Origin: a virus
Direction: 5' to 3' (one strand)
Virus record (IMG/VR): IMGVR_UViG_3300037467_000331
Coordinates: 1-38,337 of that record
DNA: 38,337 nucleotides
Positions 22,736 through 30,664 of this stretch are shown one piece after another. The notes beneath the pieces are model-generated. The model searched no databases, was not told the DNA's origin, and was given only the letters and a program-made list of their open reading frames with translations. Made by a program: the position numbers and the translations under genes. Each line of letters begins with the position of its first letter. Position 1 is the first letter of the stretch.

Positions 22736-24061
22736 TTATTTGCCAAACAGAATATTGTTCAATTTGGCTTGGTTTTGTGGATGAGTATTTGTAGGCGCCT
22801 CATTTCTGTAAGGTACAGTTGTAGGTCTTTGCGCGTTCATTTCAGCATACTTGTTATTCAAACTTCGAATCGTTTCTAAAGCAGCCTGACGAACTTGCAA
22901 AGGAACTGTTGGATCATCCAATTGACCTGCCATTTGCTTGTACATTGCCACATCTTTATCAGATTGAGGGCCTGACATTTTTGGCATTAAAGCGACCAAT
23001 TGCCCACCTAAAGTGCCTAGTTTACCTGTTGCAACATCACCAGAAGTGGCAATACCTACTCCACGAGCTAACAGATCAATACCTCGACCTGCATAACTTG
23101 CTGTAGCTTGAGGTAAGATTCCTTGAATCTCATCAAGTACTGCATTAACTCGGCTAATACGTTGTCGTTCTTCATTTTGTGCTGCTGCGGCAGTATTTGA
23201 TCCTGCACCTTTCGGCTGTGCTTGAATAGGGGTACCTCTTTCATCAGAAATTCGCACACCCTTTCCGCCTGGATAAATAGCATACAAATAACCGTCATTT
23301 CCCATTTCAGTACCAATGGGCTTATTCTTAGCTAACCACTCATTTAACTGTTGCGTTTGACTGAATTGCTGAGCATCTTGAATACGGTTTTTATCAGCTG
23401 TAGCAGCAGTAATATCCTGTCCACGCATAGTGGCATCAGTCGTCCGAATATTATTTGAAATGGATGTCGCATTATCAGCAGCATTGTTTTTAGTTTGACT
23501 TAAATAAGGTGCCAAATCCTTATTTAACAAACCACTACCAGTTGCATACTGTTTGATTTCATCTGGACTCATGGCACTCACAATTTTAAAGTTATGAGCA
23601 TAGTCATCGGGAGAAATTGCACCAGTTCGCTGAAGAGAATCAAGAGCAAGTAAGATTGGACCTTTGTCACCTGTTAATGCTGCTTGCTGGTATGCGCCTT
23701 GAATTGCTCCAAATTTCTTTTGTGAGGTGTCGAAAGTTGTGTTGCCAGCATTAGCAGTCCGCTCATTGGCTTGGGCACTTGTATTGGCAATTTCAGCTAA
23801 TGCTTTCTGTTGATCTAAAAAGTTTTTTTGTTGAGCGGCCTGCTGAGCTTGAATTTGTGGAACAACCAAACGCGCCAATGGCGATTGTTGTCCAAGGGTT
23901 AACATCTTGGAAACATCACCCTGTGACTCATTATAGATGCGGTTTAGCTCTTGGTCTGACTTTTGCTGGCGCCATAACTGAGATAATTTATCTCCATCAG
24001 CAAGCATCTGAATTGCATCTACTCCGCGAGCTTGCAATGGGATAGACGGATCGATAGCCAT
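22736..24061 (-). CDS. Internal virion / ejection protein (441 aa)
   Basis: Gln/Ala-rich and low in complexity. Linked to the upstream gene by a TAATG overlap within the virion operon. Confidence 0.45.
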   Translation of the reverse strand: MAIDPSIPLQARGVDAIQMLADGDKLSQLWRQQKSDQELNRIYNESQGDVSKMLTLGQQSPLARLVVPQIQAQQAAQQKNFLDQQKALAEIANTSAQANERTANAGNTTFDTSQKKFGAIQGAYQQAALTGDKGPILLALDSLQRTGAISPDDYAHNFKIVSAMSPDEIKQYATGSGLLNKDLAPYLSQTKNNAADNATSISNNIRTTDATMRGQDITAATADKNRIQDAQQFSQTQQLNEWLAKNKPIGTEMGNDGYLYAIYPGGKGVRISDERGTPIQAQPKGAGSNTAAAAQNEERQRISRVNAVLDEIQGILPQATASYAGRGIDLLARGVGIATSGDVATGKLGTLGGQLVALMPKMSGPQSDKDVAMYKQMAGQLDDPTVPLQVRQAALETIRSLNNKYAEMNAQRPTTVPYRNEAPTNTHPQNQAKLNNILFGK

Positions 24062-24714
24062 TAGGTTACTCCTGCCTTCCTGTTATTCATATAAGCTGAG
24101 CCAAGTGTTCCAAGCTGCTGTGCTGCATTCGCCCATGCATTACCACTTGCAATTGTTCCTGCGGCTGAAGCATTTGCACCAGCCATGGTATTGTTTGCAA
24201 TAGCCTGACCAGTTTGAAGACCAGCATTACCAGTTTGAGCTGCGGCATTTTGACCAACACCAACCAAATTGGCTAAACGGTTATATCTGTTGGTTTGATC
24301 TGCATTAAAGCGGTTATAAGCGTTTGAATACTCTTGACTTGCAAAGTCCTGTCCATAGTTGTTTAGAGCTTTAAGAGTAGCTCCACTCAACAAACCACCT
24401 TGAGAAGCCGCACCTGATTGAATTGAATTTAGGCCTTCATTCAGTCTGAATTTGTATGATGGATCGTTGTAAATGTCCTGACCATTGAATGTTTGGTTGA
24501 AATAACCATTCTCACCCATCTGGCCCATTAATTGATTTAGTGCAGTACTTCCCGCCTCTCGATATGGATCTAAGTCCTTGCGAGTCTGGTCATACATGTC
24601 CTTTTGAACTTGTGTAGCTGCATCCGCACTTTTTGCTTGTTTTCTTGCTGCGCTACTTGATGCGGCAGATGATAATGCTGCCCCACCAATAGCAGCTGCT
24701 GCTGCCCATGGCAT
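24061..24714 (-). CDS. Internal virion / ejection protein (217 aa)
   Basis: Ala/Ser/Gly-rich N-terminal hydrophobic segment and an Asn/Gln/Gly-rich body. Call based on position. Confidence 0.45.
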   Translation of the reverse strand: MPWAAAAAIGGAALSSAASSSAARKQAKSADAATQVQKDMYDQTRKDLDPYREAGSTALNQLMGQMGENGYFNQTFNGQDIYNDPSYKFRLNEGLNSIQSGAASQGGLLSGATLKALNNYGQDFASQEYSNAYNRFNADQTNRYNRLANLVGVGQNAAAQTGNAGLQTGQAIANNTMAGANASAAGTIASGNAWANAAQQLGTLGSAYMNNRKAGVT

Positions 24715-24716
24715 AA

Positions 24717-25103
24717 TTAAACCTCCAACAAGTGGTGCTCTTCACTTACATCTACCTCACCAGAACGTGAAATGTTGTGAATGCAGTAAATAATCGTGTC
24801 TGGCTCAAGACTCATGAATGTATGCTTAACATTTGCAGGAATCTTAATTCCTACAGGAGCAACATAATCACCAGTGAAAACTCCATCTTGCCAAACACGT
24901 ACTGAGCCATGAGCAAGCATTGACATGTGTTCATATGAATGTGAATGCTGAGGAATAAACATCCCTTCATGCTTGATATGCATCTGTTTGGTGAAGATGT
25001 CATCTGCTATATAAATTTCAGAGTTTTCTTCAGGCGCATCACCTTCAGCAACCGGCACAAATTCAATTTGATCTAAATCGTAAACGTCTTTTAAATTAAG
25101 CAT
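24717..25103 (-). CDS. Single-domain cupin protein (128 aa)
   Basis: Cupin motif 1 GMFIPQHSHSYEHMSMLAHG and motif 2 GIKIPANVKHTF. It overlaps the upstream gene by 13 nt. Confidence 0.65.
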   Translation of the reverse strand: MLNLKDVYDLDQIEFVPVAEGDAPEENSEIYIADDIFTKQMHIKHEGMFIPQHSHSYEHMSMLAHGSVRVWQDGVFTGDYVAPVGIKIPANVKHTFMSLEPDTIIYCIHNISRSGEVDVSEEHHLLEV

Positions 25104-25684
25104 TTTGCTTTTTCTCTCTGTGTCCGGATGCAGACAATTAATGTGATTCTGTCTTGATTGCTATTGTTCTCAACCCAATGATTTTTATGGTTGTCAAAAA
25201 GCCAACACTCGCCAACTTTCGGATTAAGGGCTTCAGTAATTCCTTCATGGTCACAGCAGAAATTTGCCCCTTCTTCACTTTGTAGGCTGATGTAATACTT
25301 ATCAAAGTAATCAACATGCCAACTTGAATCAGTGTGAGGTGCGATGCCATGATTTGGAGGGATTCGGGTTATCAAAACCCCACCCAACATTTCACCCTCA
25401 ACCATTGCCATTAATTTAAAAAGAATCGGCTTGATTGAAGGTAGTGCATCAAATGCGGGGTACCAAACTGGTAAATGCGGATCATTAAAACCAGTTAAAT
25501 CTCCAGCATCTAAATATGGCTTTACGTCGTTGTAGCGCACCCAAATATCTGACATTTGTGAGTGAGGTGTGTTTTCGGCAGTTCTGCGTAAATTATTTGC
25601 ATCCCACAACTGTGGATTCGCTTCCAATTCTTGCATTAAAGATGAAACATCAATTCCATCAGCAATTTTTTTAAAATGTCTCAT
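25091..25684 (-). CDS. Aspartyl/asparaginyl beta-hydroxylase-family 2OG/Fe(II) oxygenase-like protein (197 aa)
   Basis: RIPPNHGIAPHTD...YYISL...GECWLFDNHKNHWVENNSNQDRITLIV follows the Asp_Arg_Hydrox pattern (PH.D...FD...H.v.N.s..R..L.v). Confidence 0.65.
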   Translation of the reverse strand: MRHFKKIADGIDVSSLMQELEANPQLWDANNLRRTAENTPHSQMSDIWVRYNDVKPYLDAGDLTGFNDPHLPVWYPAFDALPSIKPILFKLMAMVEGEMLGGVLITRIPPNHGIAPHTDSSWHVDYFDKYYISLQSEEGANFCCDHEGITEALNPKVGECWLFDNHKNHWVENNSNQDRITLIVCIRTQREKAKCLI

Positions 25685-25806
25685 GGAGTGGTTGCCTCAT
25701 TCAGTTTTACTAAAAGCTTTGTTACTTCATCAAAGTAGATGCGCCAAGGGAGTGTCATCTTCCCGTTTTCATACATCGGATGATCATAAGGAGGGGTTAG
25801 ATTCAT
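25681..25806 (-). CDS. Unannotated 41-codon micro-ORF coupled between the hub gene and the oxygenase gene
   Basis: MNLTPPYDHPMYENGKMTLPWRIYFDEVTKLLVKLNEATTP. Its ATG overlaps the upstream TGA (ATGA) and its TGA overlaps the downstream ATG (ATGA). AAGGTGA lies upstream. Confidence 0.4.
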   Translation of the reverse strand: MNLTPPYDHPMYENGKMTLPWRIYFDEVTKLLVKLNEATTP

Positions 25807-27209
25807 TGGCTCACCTTTGCCTTCGCGCCAAGTACTACAAGCCTTGATGCATCTGTAAACCTCAAACGAAAAACACGATTAAATGACTGGCCAAGGCGTT
25901 TGAAGATTAATCTCTTGTCATATTCACCAATTCCGCCTAAATCCATCTGACGGGAATAGGACCAAGTTCGACCCCTGTTGTCCGACCAATCCAAAATGAT
26001 TTGAGGTTTTATGTTTGTTTCTTGCCCAACTTGAGCCGAGACCTCTAGATGATGGAATATCCATCGATCAGTACTTGGATTGACTACAGGAGTAATACGC
26101 TCACGGACAATAGTTTCACCATCATCTGTATTACTAGATTGAGTTAGTTGATAGATTTTGCCGTTCTGACGGTCGCCAACTAATTGTTGTCCACTAAAAA
26201 AACAATGAACAAACGCTCGATGATGCTCATGAAGATATGTTTTTGGATTGTAGTAACTACGCTCATGCCACATTTGAGTAGTTGAGTCATAACACCATGT
26301 CTTCTTAGCACTAGGGAATGTCATTAACAGGAATGCGTGTCCATTTTCCTGATAAGCAAATCCATATGCATCCGATATGCTGTTATAAGTAGCTATATCA
26401 CTCTCGATTGCATGATTGGATATTCTTAATGTTGAATACCCTTCTGTCATAACAATCTGACCCTGTCCATGCTCAGTTCGACTTACCCAAGCCAAACTGC
26501 TACCAAATCGACAAACAGACGCAGGAGCAATACATCCAGTTGGAATAACAGCACCGCCCATGCGTTGGAATGGAAGGTCTTTGTTATTGGTTGAACCCCA
26601 AATTTCAGTAGTTCTTTCCCCAATTAGCCAAAGCTGACCATTGTTCTCTATAGTCCTTACAAGATTGTCAGACTTAGCCTCAGCAGTGGCATAACTCAAT
26701 GCAGTTGTTTTAGTTGAGAGTAAATCAGACCATTGGATACGACCAGATTGGGGAACTGTCCAAATAAAACGTGAATCAAGTACCGTTACATCTGATGCCC
26801 CAAAGAAATCGCCAAGTTCTAATTTAGTGAGAACACTAGTTTTGAGGTCAAAACTGTATGTATTGTTACTTACAATCATTACTTGAACAGAGTTATCAGC
26901 AAAGTAGACACGACCAATGCCAGTGATGTCACCAAGCTCTTTAACTGTATTATCAGACTTGATTGAAAGTAATTTTTGTCCAGCTACAACTAAAAACTGG
27001 TCACTCATCGCATACATGCCACGAATATAACTATCAAACTCAAATTTCTTAATTAAACCTGAGGTTGGGAGCAATGCGGCAACTTGTGGCGCATTCCCAC
27101 TTTCAACCACTTGAGGGTAAAGATTTAATGTGCGCTGGCAATCAACAGACCAGTCTTTTAGATGATATGATTGCCCAACAATAGGTATATCAATGATAGT
27201 ACTCGCCAT
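25803..27209 (-). CDS. Tail hub / packaged-DNA stabilisation protein (P22 gp10-like, 468 aa)
   Basis: Trimmed to MASTIIDIPIVGQSYH. Size and position match P22 gp10 (472 aa). The N-terminal pattern is recalled from the phage stabilisation protein family. Confidence 0.6.
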   Translation of the reverse strand: MASTIIDIPIVGQSYHLKDWSVDCQRTLNLYPQVVESGNAPQVAALLPTSGLIKKFEFDSYIRGMYAMSDQFLVVAGQKLLSIKSDNTVKELGDITGIGRVYFADNSVQVMIVSNNTYSFDLKTSVLTKLELGDFFGASDVTVLDSRFIWTVPQSGRIQWSDLLSTKTTALSYATAEAKSDNLVRTIENNGQLWLIGERTTEIWGSTNNKDLPFQRMGGAVIPTGCIAPASVCRFGSSLAWVSRTEHGQGQIVMTEGYSTLRISNHAIESDIATYNSISDAYGFAYQENGHAFLLMTFPSAKKTWCYDSTTQMWHERSYYNPKTYLHEHHRAFVHCFFSGQQLVGDRQNGKIYQLTQSSNTDDGETIVRERITPVVNPSTDRWIFHHLEVSAQVGQETNIKPQIILDWSDNRGRTWSYSRQMDLGGIGEYDKRLIFKRLGQSFNRVFRLRFTDASRLVVLGAKAKVSQ

Positions 27210-27888
27210 AACATCTAACTCCGACAGGTAAATCATTGCTTGAATATGCTGGAACTGAATTACTTGATTTAAGCATTTCAATTGCATTGTCTTGGTTCTG
27301 AACTAAGCGCATTGAAGGCTCTGCACCAAACATTGGAGCGATTTCTAGGGCTAGGGTAAGCTCTAGCGGTCGTTTATAATTTGGGGGGAATTGAAGCTCG
27401 TCTTTTGGCTTTAATTTGTGAGGTAACGAATAGGTTTTAAGAATTAGAGTTTTAGCTGTTTCTAAAACATGAAACTCCCAATTTGGATAGTCTTTGCGAT
27501 ACCACACAGGCACATAATGACGATTAGAAGTATTGTTCAAATCTCGAATGATTTTAATCTCGCAATCATCCAACCAAGCAGTATCAGAAATCATGGATAT
27601 CTCTGACTCAATGTCTGGCAATGAAGTCACAACCTCATCACAGCATGTCACTTGATAATTGCAGCACTTATCATCAACCACGCCAATGTAGTAAATTCCT
27701 GCGCCTTTTGTTAATTCAAGAGTTAAGAGATTAGATTTATAAACATACAACTTACTTGTTGCCCATTGTGCAAGAAGCCCCTCAAGAGCTTCTATTACAT
27801 CCATTAATTCATCACCTGAAGCACTTTCACCACTAGCCAAGATTCCGAGGTGCTTCATTGCATTTTCTGCGATTTTGCTTACGTTCAT
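27190..27888 (-). CDS. Head-to-tail adaptor-type virion protein (232 aa)
   Basis: Trimmed to MNVSKIAENAMKHLGILASGE (GAGGAAG RBS). It lies between the coat region and the hub gene. Confidence 0.45.
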   Translation of the reverse strand: MNVSKIAENAMKHLGILASGESASGDELMDVIEALEGLLAQWATSKLYVYKSNLLTLELTKGAGIYYIGVVDDKCCNYQVTCCDEVVTSLPDIESEISMISDTAWLDDCEIKIIRDLNNTSNRHYVPVWYRKDYPNWEFHVLETAKTLILKTYSLPHKLKPKDELQFPPNYKRPLELTLALEIAPMFGAEPSMRLVQNQDNAIEMLKSSNSVPAYSSNDLPVGVRCYGEYYH

Positions 27889-27935
27889 TTCTTCCTCTGG
27901 TCCATGCTTCAAGAATTAGTGCTTGAATTAATCGC

Positions 27936-28547
27936 TCATTCGTTGTTAGTAGTGCCATATTCACTATCAAGCACCAATTTAACTAATGTGTCTTTGCCAT
28001 CACGTGAGCCGTATTTAATGACTTTTTCATCAAGTACTGCCTTCAACTCGTTGGCATCCATTGCGGAATACTTAAGTTGAGCATTCTCTTTTTTAAGTTG
28101 TTCACGCTCTTGATATACAGCGTCATATACTTCTTGAGGCACGCCACTTGCTGATGGTGCTGCTGCAATCTCTTCTTTAAGGCGATTGACTTCACCTTCG
28201 AGATTAACAATCACTTCTGCATGCTGGCCTTCAAGCGAGGTGATTTGTCCTTGTGCTTTTTCAAGCTCAAGGGATTTTTCACCTAACTGCTCTTCGGTTT
28301 GTGTTAGCTTTTCAGCGATCGCATCAAATTGCGCAAGGGGCACATATGCGCTTAAATCAATTTCTTCAGGTTCATTTGAAGTTTTTACATCTTCAGGGCC
28401 TTCTTCGGGCTCGGCTTCAACAAGATCCAAATAATCTACATAACCAGTGCTACGAAGATGTGCTTCATGTTCTTCACCGTCTGCAATGACATGCTCATGC
28501 ACCTGCTTGTCACCACGGTATAGCGCTTTAGGGTATTCATCTGACAT
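27936..28547 (-). CDS. Acidic coiled-coil protein with a C-terminal HeH/SAP-like motif (203 aa)
   Basis: Acidic N-half and a central coiled coil. The C-terminus MDANELKAVLDEKVIKYGSRDGKDTLVKLVL resembles an HeH/SAP fold. It follows the coat gene. Confidence 0.5.
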   Translation of the reverse strand: MSDEYPKALYRGDKQVHEHVIADGEEHEAHLRSTGYVDYLDLVEAEPEEGPEDVKTSNEPEEIDLSAYVPLAQFDAIAEKLTQTEEQLGEKSLELEKAQGQITSLEGQHAEVIVNLEGEVNRLKEEIAAAPSASGVPQEVYDAVYQEREQLKKENAQLKYSAMDANELKAVLDEKVIKYGSRDGKDTLVKLVLDSEYGTTNNE

Positions 28548-28557
28548 TTCAGTCCTC

Positions 28558-28598
28558 CAAAATGACGACGCCCGCTAGATGCGGGCATTTGTCGTCAT
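28558..28598 (-). terminator. Hairpin/attenuator immediately after the coat gene
   Basis: Nested stems atgacgac/gtcgtcat and gcccgc/gcgggc, followed by only four T on the minus strand. Confidence 0.5.
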
Positions 28599-28604
28599 GT
28601 TTAA

Positions 28605-29834
28605 TTATTCAGTTATACGACAAGCAAAGTCACGAACGCGGGTGAAGCCCCACATAATGTCAATACGTGTTTGAGTCGATAAATCATTGAAATTACCAGC
28701 AGATTGAACTGTGTAACGTAGACCATTTGCAGAATATGAATAACCAAATTCTTTTGGCGTCACTACTTTTGCTGGCACAAATGCGGCTGTAAATGCAGAC
28801 TCTTGGAACAAGATGTTCTGCACATATCCTTGACTTGCGGCACCAAAGAAATTAACTGCAACCCCATTGGCAGGGCTAGCATTAACTGTTTTGTTTGGCA
28901 TTGTAGGGGTAATACTTGGGAAAATACTTACTTGAGCAGTAGCACCTGTTGCAGTCACATCACTTACAATTACAAATTGCTGTAAGTCTTTCTGCAAATC
29001 GCCTGTTAATGCATGAGTTTTATAAACCCCAGCAATTGTAAATACTTGCCCTGCATTGAAAGTGTCACCACTTGCGAGCCCACCAAATACTAAGGTATCA
29101 CCAGTTTGGTTCGCACCTGAAATTGTTACACCTGCAACTTTGTTGCCGTTGTAAATAGTAGGTAAGTTAATAACCTCATCCCAGTTCGCGCCAGATGCTC
29201 GGCCTAAGTTACTTTCACGATACTGGTCACTAACTTGTTTAGATGGATTAAATAGAGCCTTACTTGTATCAATTAATTCCATGTTTAAGTCAGTCGAAAT
29301 CAATCCTGATCGATTCCCTTCAGGCGCTAATGCCTTCTGAAGTTTAGCGCGAGCCTGATTTAGTGTTTTGATTGTGCTAGGTACTGTTCCGGGAGTACCA
29401 ACAAGATAAGGTGTTGCAATTACTGCTGCCTTAATCAATCGAGCTTCAATGCTTGACCCAAGCGTTTGGATTTGTGGTTTAAAAACTCGCTCAACATAAT
29501 CGCGTCTACGTGGGTCTGTTGCATCCAATTTAAAAACGTTTTCGATGTGGCTTGCTTCAAATGCGGCATGCACATGGTTATCAATTTTTAATGAGACTTT
29601 GCGTTCTTTCCATGCATCGATAGTCCCGCCACCAGCTAGAACATTGCCATCGTAAATACGACTTACACCAGGAATGCTGATTGAAACCTCATCACCCACT
29701 GCATAACCATTTACCTTTTTATCAAACTCTTCCTCACGAGAGCGATTAATCCCCATTAAAAATGGGCAACTTTCTTTTAAAATTGGTGCTGCCTCTTGAG
29801 CAAACACTTTTGCAATATTGATTTCGTTAGCCAT
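28605..29834 (-). CDS. Major capsid (coat) protein
   Basis: 409 aa, directly after the scaffold gene, with a strong AAGGTGA RBS. Its size and position match the P22 coat protein. Confidence 0.8.
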   Translation of the reverse strand: MANEINIAKVFAQEAAPILKESCPFLMGINRSREEEFDKKVNGYAVGDEVSISIPGVSRIYDGNVLAGGGTIDAWKERKVSLKIDNHVHAAFEASHIENVFKLDATDPRRRDYVERVFKPQIQTLGSSIEARLIKAAVIATPYLVGTPGTVPSTIKTLNQARAKLQKALAPEGNRSGLISTDLNMELIDTSKALFNPSKQVSDQYRESNLGRASGANWDEVINLPTIYNGNKVAGVTISGANQTGDTLVFGGLASGDTFNAGQVFTIAGVYKTHALTGDLQKDLQQFVIVSDVTATGATAQVSIFPSITPTMPNKTVNASPANGVAVNFFGAASQGYVQNILFQESAFTAAFVPAKVVTPKEFGYSYSANGLRYTVQSAGNFNDLSTQTRIDIMWGFTRVRDFACRITE

Positions 29835-29845
29835 GCTAATTCACC

Positions 29846-30664
29846 TTATTTTCTACGTAATGATTCAAGATATGCTGTCGCTTCTACATCGTTCATATTG
29901 GCAATTGACCTAGAAGTTGACGATGTTGCTTGGACAGGTTTTATTGGTGGTGGAGCTTTTGAAACTGCGGGTGCGCTTGGTTTATTAAATTGGCGATCAA
30001 TTTCTTGACCAATTTTGCGAGCTGCTTGTACTTGGCTCATTTGCGAAAGGTCTAACCACAACTCATCGTTCTCAATAAGTTTTGCAGCAAGTACCAGAGT
30101 GTCTTTTGCACTCAAGCCAAATTCATTTAAATCTAGAGGTAAAGGAGGCAAAGTTTCGAGCTTCTGATTCAATGCACTTGCATCGTATCCTTCGCCCTCC
30201 AACTCAGCCATTGCGACCTCAAATTCAACTTGTCGTTGGTTTTTGGTCTCCTCTGCTTTAGATTTGCTTTGCTTTTCACTGATGCGACGCTCAGCTTCAC
30301 TAATTCGCCACTCATCTAGCTTTTCTTCATATGCGTCATGGGCTTTAGTCCATTCTTCATATGATTCGAAGTCTTCGATTAGGGGTTTAGTTGGCTTAGC
30401 ATTTGCTTCAGGTGCATTTTTTCGAGCTTCAGCAGCTTCTTTGAACTTACGTAGCTCTGCGTTTTCACGCGCTAATTGCTCGATACGTTCACGTGCACGA
30501 TTCCGTTTAGGTTCAGGATCTGTTTTAGGCTGCTCTTCTTCTGAGCCTTCGCCTTGTTCAGGTTCCTGAGTTCCAGTTTCTGGCTGATCAACCTCTTGAC
30601 TTTCTGCACCTGTATTTTCCGTTGCGGTGGTTTCAACGACGTCTTGAGTATCTGTATCAGACAT
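29846..30664 (-). CDS. Scaffolding protein
   Basis: Highly acidic N-terminus and a long charged helical body (EQLARENAELRKFKEAAEARK). It lies between the portal and coat genes. Confidence 0.7.
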   Translation of the reverse strand: MSDTDTQDVVETTATENTGAESQEVDQPETGTQEPEQGEGSEEEQPKTDPEPKRNRARERIEQLARENAELRKFKEAAEARKNAPEANAKPTKPLIEDFESYEEWTKAHDAYEEKLDEWRISEAERRISEKQSKSKAEETKNQRQVEFEVAMAELEGEGYDASALNQKLETLPPLPLDLNEFGLSAKDTLVLAAKLIENDELWLDLSQMSQVQAARKIGQEIDRQFNKPSAPAVSKAPPPIKPVQATSSTSRSIANMNDVEATAYLESLRRK

